From Thermoanaerobaculia bacterium (GTDB taxonomy: Bacteria > Acidobacteriota > Thermoanaerobaculia > Multivoradales > UBA5704), in contig JBBRUC010000002.1 of the NCBI GenBank assembly GCA_038248205.1, positions 1,571 through 65,570 on the forward strand: DNA of 64,000 nucleotides, read 5' to 3'. The position numbers were made by a program, and so were the translations under genes. Under the pieces are notes generated by a model, which did no database searches, was not told the DNA's origin, and saw nothing but the letters and a program-made list of their open reading frames with translations. Shown in pieces: positions 44,801 to 52,190 of this stretch; the stretch's first letter is position 1; every line of letters begins with the position of its first letter.

Positions 44801-46247
44801 CCGCCTGCGCGCTTTGGCAGGCTTCGAGGAAGACCAGCGGGATGCGGTAATCGCGCAGCAGCGGGCCGAGATCGTTCGTGAAGATGGTGACGTGCCCGCG
44901 TTTCTCCAGTTTGCGCTCATCCTCGGGCAGCTCGAAACACAACCCGCCCAGACCGACGGCCTGGTCATAGACACCGTGACCATTGAAATGAACGACGTGG
45001 TACGGCTGTCGCACGGTATCGGCGCGGTCGAGTTCCTCGCGCAGAGCGGAGAGAGTCGGCGGGCTCAAGAGGCGAATCTCGACCAGGCCGGGCAGCGACT
45101 CCATCGCTTCGACCAAAGGCAGCGCGCTCGCGCGGTGGTCGATGTAACCGCAGGCGTCGTCCTCCGGACGCGCCGTAATGAGGAGGATGCGGATGGGAGG
45201 ATCGACGACCGGAACCCCGTAGGACTCCGTGCTCGCCAGTTGCCGGCGTACGCGAGTGGGCTTCTTGCCTTGGAACAGGTACGACTTGCGATCGTGAAGC
45301 AGTTCCCACGGAAGGCCGAGCAGCACGGTCGAGACTTCCTGGGCCTCCTTCCTCTGTTCCTTCGTGGCGTCGGCCTCCAGCGTGGCTTCGAGGTCCACAT
45401 GAACCGAGAATCGGCGCCCGGCGTGTTCGGCGATCTTGGCCCACGCCTCCCTGACGTTCGCGGTTTCGGAGAGGGGCATCGCGACCTCGTACAACCGGGC
45501 TCCCCATTCGGCGAGGCTTTCCACTACCCTCCGCGCCCGGTCCTGGATCACTGAGATTCCCGAGGGCCACTTGACGTACTGTTCGAGATACCATCGGATC
45601 TCCGCCGCCTCGATCGGCCCGATGGGCGCGACCAAGCGCCACGCTTTGGCGCTATGGGTCGCGCTCGAACCCAACGTCGCCGGCTGATACACTAACCGAG
45701 CCCGGGCCGACGCTCGAAACGTATTTTCGACCTCGACAAACCTGAAATCGGTCAACTCAAGGACCAACTCCTCCAACGGCTCCGCCGTCGGCTGCGGGGT
45801 GGGCGGCACTTCCGCGGGCAGGCGTTCGCCCATCGCCGCGAGGAGGTCATTCATCGCCGCCTCGACGCCGCCCGCGGCTCTGCTCACGGAGAGGAACAGC
45901 GGTTTCTTTCCGACCAGCTTTCCGAGCGCACCCAAACCCGCGCCGTCGAGCGCCAGCGGGATCAGCCGATAGTTCTTCGCCCCGCGCTTCCGCCTCACCC
46001 GGACCGCGTGCGCGACTTCGTCCGCCACCCAATCCGACTGCAAGGAATCCGTGCTGACGACGAACGCGAAACCCGAGGCCTCCTCGATCGCCTTTTGAAT
46101 CTCCGGCCAGAGCGCATCCCCGCCCCGCAGCTCGCGCGAATCGATCCATCCGTCGTGCCCATGGTCGGCGAGCGTCCGGCGTAGCTCGCGCACGAAGGCG
46201 TCGTCCTTCGAGCTGTGGGAAATGAAGAGTTTGCTCATGGCAGTCAT
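41805..46247 (-). CDS. TIR - CHAT (caspase-like protease) - STAND/NB-ARC-type P-loop NTPase - TPR fusion protein (1480 aa)
   Basis: TIR: KLFISHSSKDDAFVREL...STDSLQSDWVADEVAHA (aa ~5-135). CHAT: HVVHFNGHG (His424) and LVFLEACQS (Cys477), then VASVVAMSHSI...FYRAL. NTPase: FVGRSRELLALERLL, Walker A GQGGEGKT (aa 634-641; 44348-44325), Walker B LLVVDNME. C-terminal ~400 aa are TPR-like. Confidence 0.85.
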   Translation of the reverse strand: MTAMSKLFISHSSKDDAFVRELRRTLADHGHDGWIDSRELRGGDALWPEIQKAIEEASGFAFVVSTDSLQSDWVADEVAHAVRVRRKRGAKNYRLIPLALDGAGLGALGKLVGKKPLFLSVSRAAGGVEAAMNDLLAAMGERLPAEVPPTPQPTAEPLEELVLELTDFRFVEVENTFRASARARLVYQPATLGSSATHSAKAWRLVAPIGPIEAAEIRWYLEQYVKWPSGISVIQDRARRVVESLAEWGARLYEVAMPLSETANVREAWAKIAEHAGRRFSVHVDLEATLEADATKEQRKEAQEVSTVLLGLPWELLHDRKSYLFQGKKPTRVRRQLASTESYGVPVVDPPIRILLITARPEDDACGYIDHRASALPLVEAMESLPGLVEIRLLSPPTLSALREELDRADTVRQPYHVVHFNGHGVYDQAVGLGGLCFELPEDERKLEKRGHVTIFTNDLGPLLRDYRIPLVFLEACQSAQAEKASESVASELLKVGVASVVAMSHSILVATARLFVGEFYRALAAGKRVGDAMLAGQRRLKDDTFREQIFGKGELRLEDWFVPVLFQEKDDPQLFKTTPAKQTVEDWKKALADRLGDLPPTPATGFVGRSRELLALERLLRNDRDNRYAVVRGQGGEGKTALAAEFARWMVRSQQVRRAAFVSVETHGNAASVLNEIGRQLAGESYSVAFDTLEKSILPIERALREQSTLLVVDNMESILLPPYLDEEMPNALTEEAARELKAILDLCARLLKAGDTRLVFTSRETLPAPFDGARNRRELFHLGREDAVKLVERVLNESSSSGTAGTGKAYDAAREAIEALVDAVYGHARTLTLLAPSLRARGVEATREALVELMEEMDRRFPVGSPESREKSVFASVELSLRRLSLENQTRARVLGVFHGAVDLDVLRVMKQWEMSDITALAGELVETGLATPNPYNHLTLDPALCPYLRGRMDGKEREALTARWVEAMIGYVEFLRQQQSQSTEVVATLTGLELPNLFALLDRLERARDQEATIGLATSLYGLLQWLGKPRLLERVGQVRDAAAEKLEAPGGAWSHARFEAARTRVEQQWGQGRLREALEGAQILLERARAAGVQSYPGADYDLGGGCFLLARVWKTAGGSERALPLLDEAHVRFESVAEERPHPGAGRMAAACFAEQGDCLLFLGRLDEAAAAYEVSIHRSEQLGEDRQVAVGKGQLGTVRLAQRLYPEALAAHKEARERFTRLNEPGIVAVSWHQTGITHQEAGQPEAAEEAYRKSLAISVRLGNLAGQASTLLQLGNLYKEVLGRPEEAVAFYRQATDKYVVSGDLAHEGRARSNLGETLRKLRRFDEALEEIRRAIECKAPYGHASEPWTTWAILSDIETDAGQPAAAAEARAKAIAGYLAYRGDGGENHTDPGRISLAVTRSLLAEETDEAAALLQQQLPRFEAAGFGGFIRALQAIVGGSRDVALAENPEFHPTMAAEILFLIETLQKAGR

Positions 46248-46275
46248 TTTACCCGCTGCGCGAATGGGTGTGCCC

Positions 46276-48444
46276 CTACGTCCCTGCCGCCCGGGCGATC
46301 ACCGCCTGGCCGAGTGCCAAACCGCCGTCGTTGGGCGGCACCTTCCGGTGAGTGAGAACCTCAAACCCGGCGCGGGCGAGACCTTCGATCGCGAGGCGGA
46401 GCAGCAGCACGTTTTGGAACACGCCGCCGGAGAGGGCGACGATCGAAACCCCAGTCTTCCGGCGCCCGTGAAGGCAGGCGGCGACCAGGGCGTGGGCGAC
46501 CGCGGCGTGGAAGCGTCGTGCGATCCGACCGGGATCTTCGCCCCGCAGGCGGTCGCGTACCACCGCCGCGAGCAACGGCGCGGGATCGAGCAGCAGGTGC
46601 TCCTCGTCGCGCAGGGCGAAGCGGTAGCGCGTTGCGCCATCGTCAGCGATCCCAACGGCGGCGGCCGCCGCTTCGAGTTCCATCGCCGCCTGCCCCTCGT
46701 AGTGCGCGTCCTGGCAGAGACCGGCAAGAGGGGCCACCGCATCGAACAGGCGCCCCATGCTGCTCGTGGGCACCGTGCCGAAGCCGGTCGCGAGCTGGCG
46801 GGCGAGGATGCGCCGCTCCCGGTCGGGAGTGGCCGCGACGGGGGGAAGGTGCGGATGCCAGTCGATTCCCGCGGCGGCGAGGTGAGCGAGCGCCATCCGC
46901 CGCGGGTGGCGAATTGCGGCGTCCCCACCCGGCAGCGGCGCGTAGCGCAGATGGGCGAGCCGCTGGGCGCGGGTGTAGTCGGCGAGCAGGATCTCGCCCC
47001 CCCAGATCGCGCCGTCTAACCCATAGCCCGTGCCGTCGAAGCTCGCGCCCAGCACCGGTTTCTCGCCGGTGAGTCCGTGCTCGGCCATCACCGCGGCGAT
47101 GTGCGCATGATGGTGCTGCACGCGGACGAGCGGCAGACCGCGCTCCGCCGCTAGGGCGAGTGCCCAGCGGGTGCCCAGATAGTCGGGGTGGAGATCGCAG
47201 GCGATCCGCTCGGGCTCGATGCGAAACAGGCCGGAGAGATGGTCGACCATCCGTTCAAACGCCGCGAGTGTTTCGAGATTGCCCAGGTCGCCGATGTGCT
47301 GCGAGAGAAACGCGCGGCCGCCGCGGGCGAGGCAGAACGTCGCCTTGAGTTCGGCGCCGACCGCGAGCAGCGGCGGCGCCGGAGGCTCGACGGGCGGCAG
47401 CGCGATCGGCATCGGCGCATAGCCGCGCGAGCGGCGCATCGGCAGCTCGTGCCCGGCGAATAGCCGGACCACCGAGTCGTCGCAGACGGCGTGGATCGCC
47501 CGGTCGTGGAGCAAAAAGGCGTCGGCGAGGTCGCCCAGCCGTTCGAGCGCCTCGTCGTCCTCGCGGCAGATCGGCTCTTCGCTCCGGTTGCCCGAGGTCA
47601 TCACCAGGATGCGCCCGGCGAGCAGCAGATGATGGAGCGGCGAATAGGGCAGGACCAGGCCGAGCATCGCCTGGCCGGGCGCCACCTGATCCGAGAGGCG
47701 AGGAGGCGCACCGACCGGTCTCTTGGCGACCAGGACGATCGGCCGCTCGCGGCTTTCCAGCAGCCGTTCCTCGTCGGCATCGATCCGGGCCAGCCCGTGC
47801 GCGGCGGCGAGGTCCGGCACCATCACGGCGAACGGCTTGCCGCCGCGACCCTTCCGGCGGCGCAATTCGGCCACCGCCTCGTCAGACGTGGCGTCGCACG
47901 CGAGGTGAAAACCGCCGACCCCCTTGATCGCCACGATCCGACCCGCGTCGAGCATGCTCCCGGCAGCTTCGAGCGCCGCTTCGGTTTCTACCTGGGTGCG
48001 CGGGCCTCCGGCCCGCTGTTGCGGGCGAGACGCCCGCGCACCCAGGAACTCTAGCGAAGGGCCGCATTCCGGGCAGGCGTTGGGTTGGGCGTGAAAACGC
48101 CGGCTCGCCGGATCGTCATACTCCGCCTGATAGAGCGGGCACATGGCGAAGGCTCGCATCGTCGTCTTCGGCCGGTCGTAGGGGAGCGACTCGACGATCG
48201 TGAAGCGCGGGCCGCAATCGGTGCAATTGATGAACGGGTAGCGGAAGCGGCGATCCGCGGGGTCGAGCATTTCGGCGAGGCAGGCGGTGCAGACCGCGAC
48301 GTCGGGAGAGACCGGGGTGGGAACGGCCGCCGCCGCGCTGCTCTTTAAGGCGACCCGCAAGACGCCGACGCGGCGCTCGCCGCCCTGCGCTCCCACCCCC
48401 TCGGCCGCCAGGCAGCGATCATCGGCCGCGTCACCGATCGCCAC
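46276..48444 (-). CDS. hypF: HypF-like carbamoyltransferase lacking the N-terminal acylphosphatase domain
   Basis: Zn-finger region CTACLAEMLDPADRRFRYPFINCTDCGPRFTIV and RRFHAQPNACPECGP. YrdC-like IVAIKGVGGFHLACDA. Kae1-like C-terminal half. An in-frame stop lies 23 codons upstream of the GTG start. Confidence 0.85.
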   Translation of the reverse strand: MAIGDAADDRCLAAEGVGAQGGERRVGVLRVALKSSAAAAVPTPVSPDVAVCTACLAEMLDPADRRFRYPFINCTDCGPRFTIVESLPYDRPKTTMRAFAMCPLYQAEYDDPASRRFHAQPNACPECGPSLEFLGARASRPQQRAGGPRTQVETEAALEAAGSMLDAGRIVAIKGVGGFHLACDATSDEAVAELRRRKGRGGKPFAVMVPDLAAAHGLARIDADEERLLESRERPIVLVAKRPVGAPPRLSDQVAPGQAMLGLVLPYSPLHHLLLAGRILVMTSGNRSEEPICREDDEALERLGDLADAFLLHDRAIHAVCDDSVVRLFAGHELPMRRSRGYAPMPIALPPVEPPAPPLLAVGAELKATFCLARGGRAFLSQHIGDLGNLETLAAFERMVDHLSGLFRIEPERIACDLHPDYLGTRWALALAAERGLPLVRVQHHHAHIAAVMAEHGLTGEKPVLGASFDGTGYGLDGAIWGGEILLADYTRAQRLAHLRYAPLPGGDAAIRHPRRMALAHLAAAGIDWHPHLPPVAATPDRERRILARQLATGFGTVPTSSMGRLFDAVAPLAGLCQDAHYEGQAAMELEAAAAAVGIADDGATRYRFALRDEEHLLLDPAPLLAAVVRDRLRGEDPGRIARRFHAAVAHALVAACLHGRRKTGVSIVALSGGVFQNVLLLRLAIEGLARAGFEVLTHRKVPPNDGGLALGQAVIARAAGT
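47991..48046. repeat. REP-like nested palindrome, copy D (in-frame inside hypF)
   Basis: CCTGGGTGCGCGGGCCTCCGGCCCGC-TGTT-GCGGGCGAGACGCCCGCGCACCCAGG. Translated as LGARASRPQQRAGGPRTQV in the HypF linker. Coordinates anchored on the stop of ORF 47491..48054. Confidence 0.9.
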
Positions 48445-48629
48445 CCCGGCATGCTGGTCGCCAGGACCGGCATCGGCGGCACGCGGGTGATCCCGATGCA
48501 GTTGAGTGAGCAGTTACCGCGGATCTGTTGAACGGCGGAGGGCGCGGAGACAGTGCTTGAAGTGGCATATAACGGAAAGCCGGCTACTTTTTCTCGATGA
48601 TCACCGCGCAGGCGTTTCTCACCTGGACA

Positions 48630-48785
48630 TCAGGCTGCTTTGGCTTCCAAAGGCGAAGCATGTAGACGCAAGCCGAGAGCGCGGATGACTCGCAGGACGG
48701 TGGCGAGTTCAGGGTTTCCTTCGGGAGAGAGCGCCTTATAGAGACTTTCTCATCCGAGCCCCGTTTCGCGGGCAATCTGGGTCAT
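48630..48785 (-). pseudogene. HigA-family (addiction-module antidote) antitoxin fragment with an in-frame TGA
   Basis: My translation: MTQIARETGLG*ESLYKALSPEGNPELATVLRVIRALGLRLHASPLEAKAA. The family pattern, from memory, is GMsqiA.etGlsReslYkaLs..GNP.l.Tl.kvl.aLGl.L. The TGA at 48752-48750 replaces the conserved Arg codon (CGA). The N-terminal half of the gene and the toxin partner are absent. Confidence 0.7.
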
Positions 48786-48824
48786 TCCTTTCGCCCCTGG
48801 CTTTGGCAGGAATTCGAGGAGGGC

Positions 48825-49061
48825 ATGACACCCGAGGCTAGCTTCGCCCACGCCGTCAACCGGGCGATGCCGGTCCTGCTCAACCTCGCCAACGACGGAC
48901 AGAGCTGGCGGGAGAACGGCATCGCCTACGAAACCGTCGTCCGCCGCGTCGGCCCGCCGATCCGGGCCGGTTGCCCGGCGCTTTGGCAGTATCTGGAAGC
49001 CCGCCTCGAAGAGGAGCACCGGAAGGGTTGGTTCGGGATCGCCCCCGATGCCCACCGGTGA
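48825..49061 (+). CDS. Small hypothetical protein (78 aa)
   Basis: Strongly GC-rich third codon positions. GAGGAGGG lies immediately upstream of the ATG. No family recognised. Confidence 0.5.
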   Translation: MTPEASFAHAVNRAMPVLLNLANDGQSWRENGIAYETVVRRVGPPIRAGCPALWQYLEARLEEEHRKGWFGIAPDAHR

Positions 49062-49080
49062 TCAGCCTCCGTCACCCCTC

Positions 49081-50619
49081 TTACCGGTTCCGCCCGTACT
49101 GCTCGTGCGACGACACCCAGTCGAGCGACGAGATCGCCGAGGCGAGCGAGATCTCGCCTGCGAGGACCACTCCCGCGATGATTTCGGCGAGCTTTTGGAC
49201 TTTGCCTTTGCCGGAGCAACCGAGGATTTGCAGGCATTCCTTCTGGGTCGGCAGGGAGGTGCCGCCGCCATGGGTGGCGACGATCAGCGAGGGGATGGTG
49301 ATCGAGATGTAGAGGTCGCCTTCTTGGGTCACCTCGGTGTAGACCACGCCGGCCGAGGACTCGGAAACGTTTGCCACGTCTTGACCCGTCGCAATGAACA
49401 TCGCGGTGATCCCGTTCGGGCTGTGGCAGCCGTTGTTGTTGGCCCCGGAAAGGAACGCGCCGACGTTGGCGATGCCTGCGTGGTAGTGGAGCGTTTCGGG
49501 CTCCACCCGCATGTGTTGGATCAGCACGTCGCGCGGGATCGTACATTCGGCCGTGACCCGCTTGCCGCGGGTGCGCATGATGTTGATCTGCGAGGCTTTC
49601 TTGTCAGTCGCGAAGTTTGACTCAAGGTAGAAATGGCGAATGCCCTTGGCGTTTTCGAGCACCCAGGAACAGGCGGCGAACGTCGCGCGGCCGACCATAT
49701 TCTGCCCCGCCGCGTCGCCGGTCGAGTAGTTGAAGCGGAGGAACGCCATCTTGTTGGCGAGATAGGGATCGATGTAGAGCAGCTTTGCGACCGAGGAAGT
49801 CCCTTCCGCATGCTCGCGGATGGTCGCCAGGTTCTCCTCCACCCAGAAGACGAAATCGCGCGCCCCGCGCGCCGAGTCGAACACGAACACCGGCGCGCGC
49901 TGCATGCAGTCGCCGACCACCGTCGCCATCACGCCGCCCGAAAGGTTCAGCACTTTGATGCCCCGGTTGTACGAGGCGACCAGCGTCCCCTCCGCCGTGG
50001 CGAGCGGGATGATGAACTCGCCGATCGCGTGCTCGCCGTTGACCCGGAGCGGGCCGGCAAAGCCGATCGGCACCTGGGCGACACCGGTGAAGTTCTCGAT
50101 GTTGCCCTGGGTGACGGCCGGATCGAACGAAAACTTGTCGATGTGCTGGAGCTTTACCCCCGCGTATTCCTCGACGAACTTTTGCCGTGCCGCAACGATC
50201 GCCGGGGTGAAGTTGTTCTCCTTGTCGAGCGGGACGCTCACGTGCTTCGGCTTCTCGTCGGCGATCGCGTCCTTTACTTTGAACGCCAGATTGCCGAACG
50301 GTGTGGCGTCGAACTCGATCTCGATCTCGTGCTGGCCCTTGGGTAACGCATCGACCCTGGCCTCAATGTGGACGATCCGGGCCAGAGAGAACTCAATCGT
50401 CCGCTCTGGGCTGATTGCGGAGGCCGCGACCGTCTCGTCGGCGAGATGAAGCGTCAACCCCTCGATCGGCACCGCCTTGCCGTTGATCTTGATCTGCCGC
50501 AATTTGGTTAGTGTGGCGTTCGCCAGTCGGTTCTTCAAGCTGAATCGAACGCCGTCCTCGACGTTCTGGAGGCTGCCCAAGGTATACATCTGCTTCAAGA
50601 TCAAGCCCGGAATCTTCAT
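49081..50619 (-). CDS. Class I hydroxymethylglutaryl-CoA reductase with an extra ~115-aa N-terminal domain
   Basis: ENFTGVAQVPIGFAGPL, IPLATAEGTLVASYNRG, DAAGQNMV, THGGGT, LAGEISL. Confidence 0.9.
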   Translation of the reverse strand: MKIPGLILKQMYTLGSLQNVEDGVRFSLKNRLANATLTKLRQIKINGKAVPIEGLTLHLADETVAASAISPERTIEFSLARIVHIEARVDALPKGQHEIEIEFDATPFGNLAFKVKDAIADEKPKHVSVPLDKENNFTPAIVAARQKFVEEYAGVKLQHIDKFSFDPAVTQGNIENFTGVAQVPIGFAGPLRVNGEHAIGEFIIPLATAEGTLVASYNRGIKVLNLSGGVMATVVGDCMQRAPVFVFDSARGARDFVFWVEENLATIREHAEGTSSVAKLLYIDPYLANKMAFLRFNYSTGDAAGQNMVGRATFAACSWVLENAKGIRHFYLESNFATDKKASQINIMRTRGKRVTAECTIPRDVLIQHMRVEPETLHYHAGIANVGAFLSGANNNGCHSPNGITAMFIATGQDVANVSESSAGVVYTEVTQEGDLYISITIPSLIVATHGGGTSLPTQKECLQILGCSGKGKVQKLAEIIAGVVLAGEISLASAISSLDWVSSHEQYGRNR

Positions 50620-50778
50620 CGTGTGCCCCCGAGGTGCCAGGTCGAAAGAGGAGATCTATCGAGACCACCGCGAGTCTATCGCGGCGCTCAGCAAAATGAC
50701 CCGCCGCCGGGGCGTCTCTACGTACCTACGGCCAAAGGCGATTCGGGCCTGCTCCGGAACGGAGGAGGCGGGGCCGAG

Positions 50779-51429
50779 CTAGTGGCCGCCGGCCTCGTCG
50801 CCCCACAGCACCTTCAAGCGACGATCCCGGCCGCAGCCTTGGCGATAGTAGTTGTAGCGTAGCGGATTCTTCTGGTAATAGTCCTGGTGGTACTCCTCCG
50901 CCGGCCAGAAGGTGGCAGCCGGGACGATCTGCGTGACGATCTTGCCGGGCAGCTTGCCGGCCGCCTCGAGCGCCTGCTTGGACGCCTCCGCTGCCTGATG
51001 CTGCTCCTCGTCGTGGAAGAAGATCGCCGAGCGGTACTGCGTCCCGTGGTCGCAGAACTGGGCGTTCGGGGTCACCGGGTCGACGTTGTGCCAGAACACG
51101 TCGAGCAGCTTGGCGTAGGTGACCTTCTTCGGGTCGTAGCGGACCTGCAGCGACTCGGCGTGGCCGGTCCCGCCGGAAGAGACCTCCTCGTAGGTCGGGT
51201 TTTTCTTCGTGCCGCCGGTATAGCCGGAGGTCGTATCGAACACGCCGTCGATCTTGTCGAACGCCGGTTCCATGCACCAAAAACAACCGCCGGCGAACGT
51301 GGCGACAGCGAGGCCGCCGGGGGGAGTGATGGCGGGTTTTTCAGCGGCGGCGCACGACATCTGCGGCCAGGCGACGATCGCGACAATCAAGACGACGGCA
51401 ATTACAGTCGCCAGCAGGATGGTCTTCAT
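50779..51429 (-). CDS. msrA: Peptide-methionine (S)-S-oxide reductase with an N-terminal signal/anchor
   Basis: AGGAG lies upstream of the ATG at 51429. FAGGCFWCMEPAF and GYTGG...PTYEEVSSGGTGHAE are present. Confidence 0.9.
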   Translation of the reverse strand: MKTILLATVIAVVLIVAIVAWPQMSCAAAEKPAITPPGGLAVATFAGGCFWCMEPAFDKIDGVFDTTSGYTGGTKKNPTYEEVSSGGTGHAESLQVRYDPKKVTYAKLLDVFWHNVDPVTPNAQFCDHGTQYRSAIFFHDEEQHQAAEASKQALEAAGKLPGKIVTQIVPAATFWPAEEYHQDYYQKNPLRYNYYRQGCGRDRRLKVLWGDEAGGH

Positions 51430-51590
51430 TAGTTCTCCTTCGGTCTCGGAAGCGACGTTGAACGAGCCTCGCCCCCGTAGGAAGTCTACGGCACGGGCCG
51501 GCGAACGGATCATGCCGGCCGGCCTGGCCCCTGATGGTTTCCTTTGCCGAGGGTAAGTCTGCGGTTACAGGCGGAGATTCCGAGGAAGTC

Positions 51591-52190
51591 TTAGAGGTGG
51601 CGCAGGCGATCGAGCAGCCTCTTGGCGTGAGGAAAGGCATTCTCGACCGACGTTGGATCCAGCTGGCCAAGTAGCTCGAAAGAGACTCTGCCTTTGGCGT
51701 AGGGCTTTTTGCAGCCCGCCGTGGCTCTTGTGAGAGCGCTCAGAACGTCCGCCTTTGGGACATCTTCCAGGGTAGGTCGGGACCGAAGGTGCTCGTCTCG
51801 AAGGGCTGTGCCGAAGTATCGGCGAAGCGACGCTCGATCGGCCAGAAACCAACTCTCCATGATCTGTACCATCAGGAACGCCTGATCGTCCGACGATCCG
51901 TCCGGTCTGTCCCAGCCGTCCCGGGCCTTCAAGTGTTGCCATACCGAGGCGGTCGTCGCGACAGGCCCTTCGGAATCCACGAGCAGTAGCGGCAGCTCGC
52001 CGTTCCGAGGATTGCGAACCGCGGTAGCGAAAAGGTCGAACGTTCGGAGGCGCCCCTTGCCCCGAACGATTCTCGGCATGCGCCCGGAGAGGCCGGCTGA
52101 TTTGAAGAACTGAGTCCAGGCCTCCCGAAACAGCGTGTCCAAGTACTGCCCCTCGCCGCCCCCTTCGGCATAGATCTTCGCGGTCACCAT
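51591..52190 (-). CDS. DUF4276-like protein (partner of the upstream ATPase)
   Basis: MVTAKIYAEGGGEGQYLDTLFREAW...LLLVDSEGPV. This resembles, from memory, the DUF4276 family that is usually paired with an AAA/ABC-type ATPase. The start overlaps the ATPase stop by 7 nt (ATGGTGA). Confidence 0.6.
   Translation of the reverse strand: MVTAKIYAEGGGEGQYLDTLFREAWTQFFKSAGLSGRMPRIVRGKGRLRTFDLFATAVRNPRNGELPLLLVDSEGPVATTASVWQHLKARDGWDRPDGSSDDQAFLMVQIMESWFLADRASLRRYFGTALRDEHLRSRPTLEDVPKADVLSALTRATAGCKKPYAKGRVSFELLGQLDPTSVENAFPHAKRLLDRLRHL

Noticed and set aside
46276-48444. HypF as evidence of a hydrogenase maturation locus
   Set aside because: No hydrogenase structural or other hyp genes occur anywhere in the window. 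The gene is treated instead as an orphan, atypical copy.
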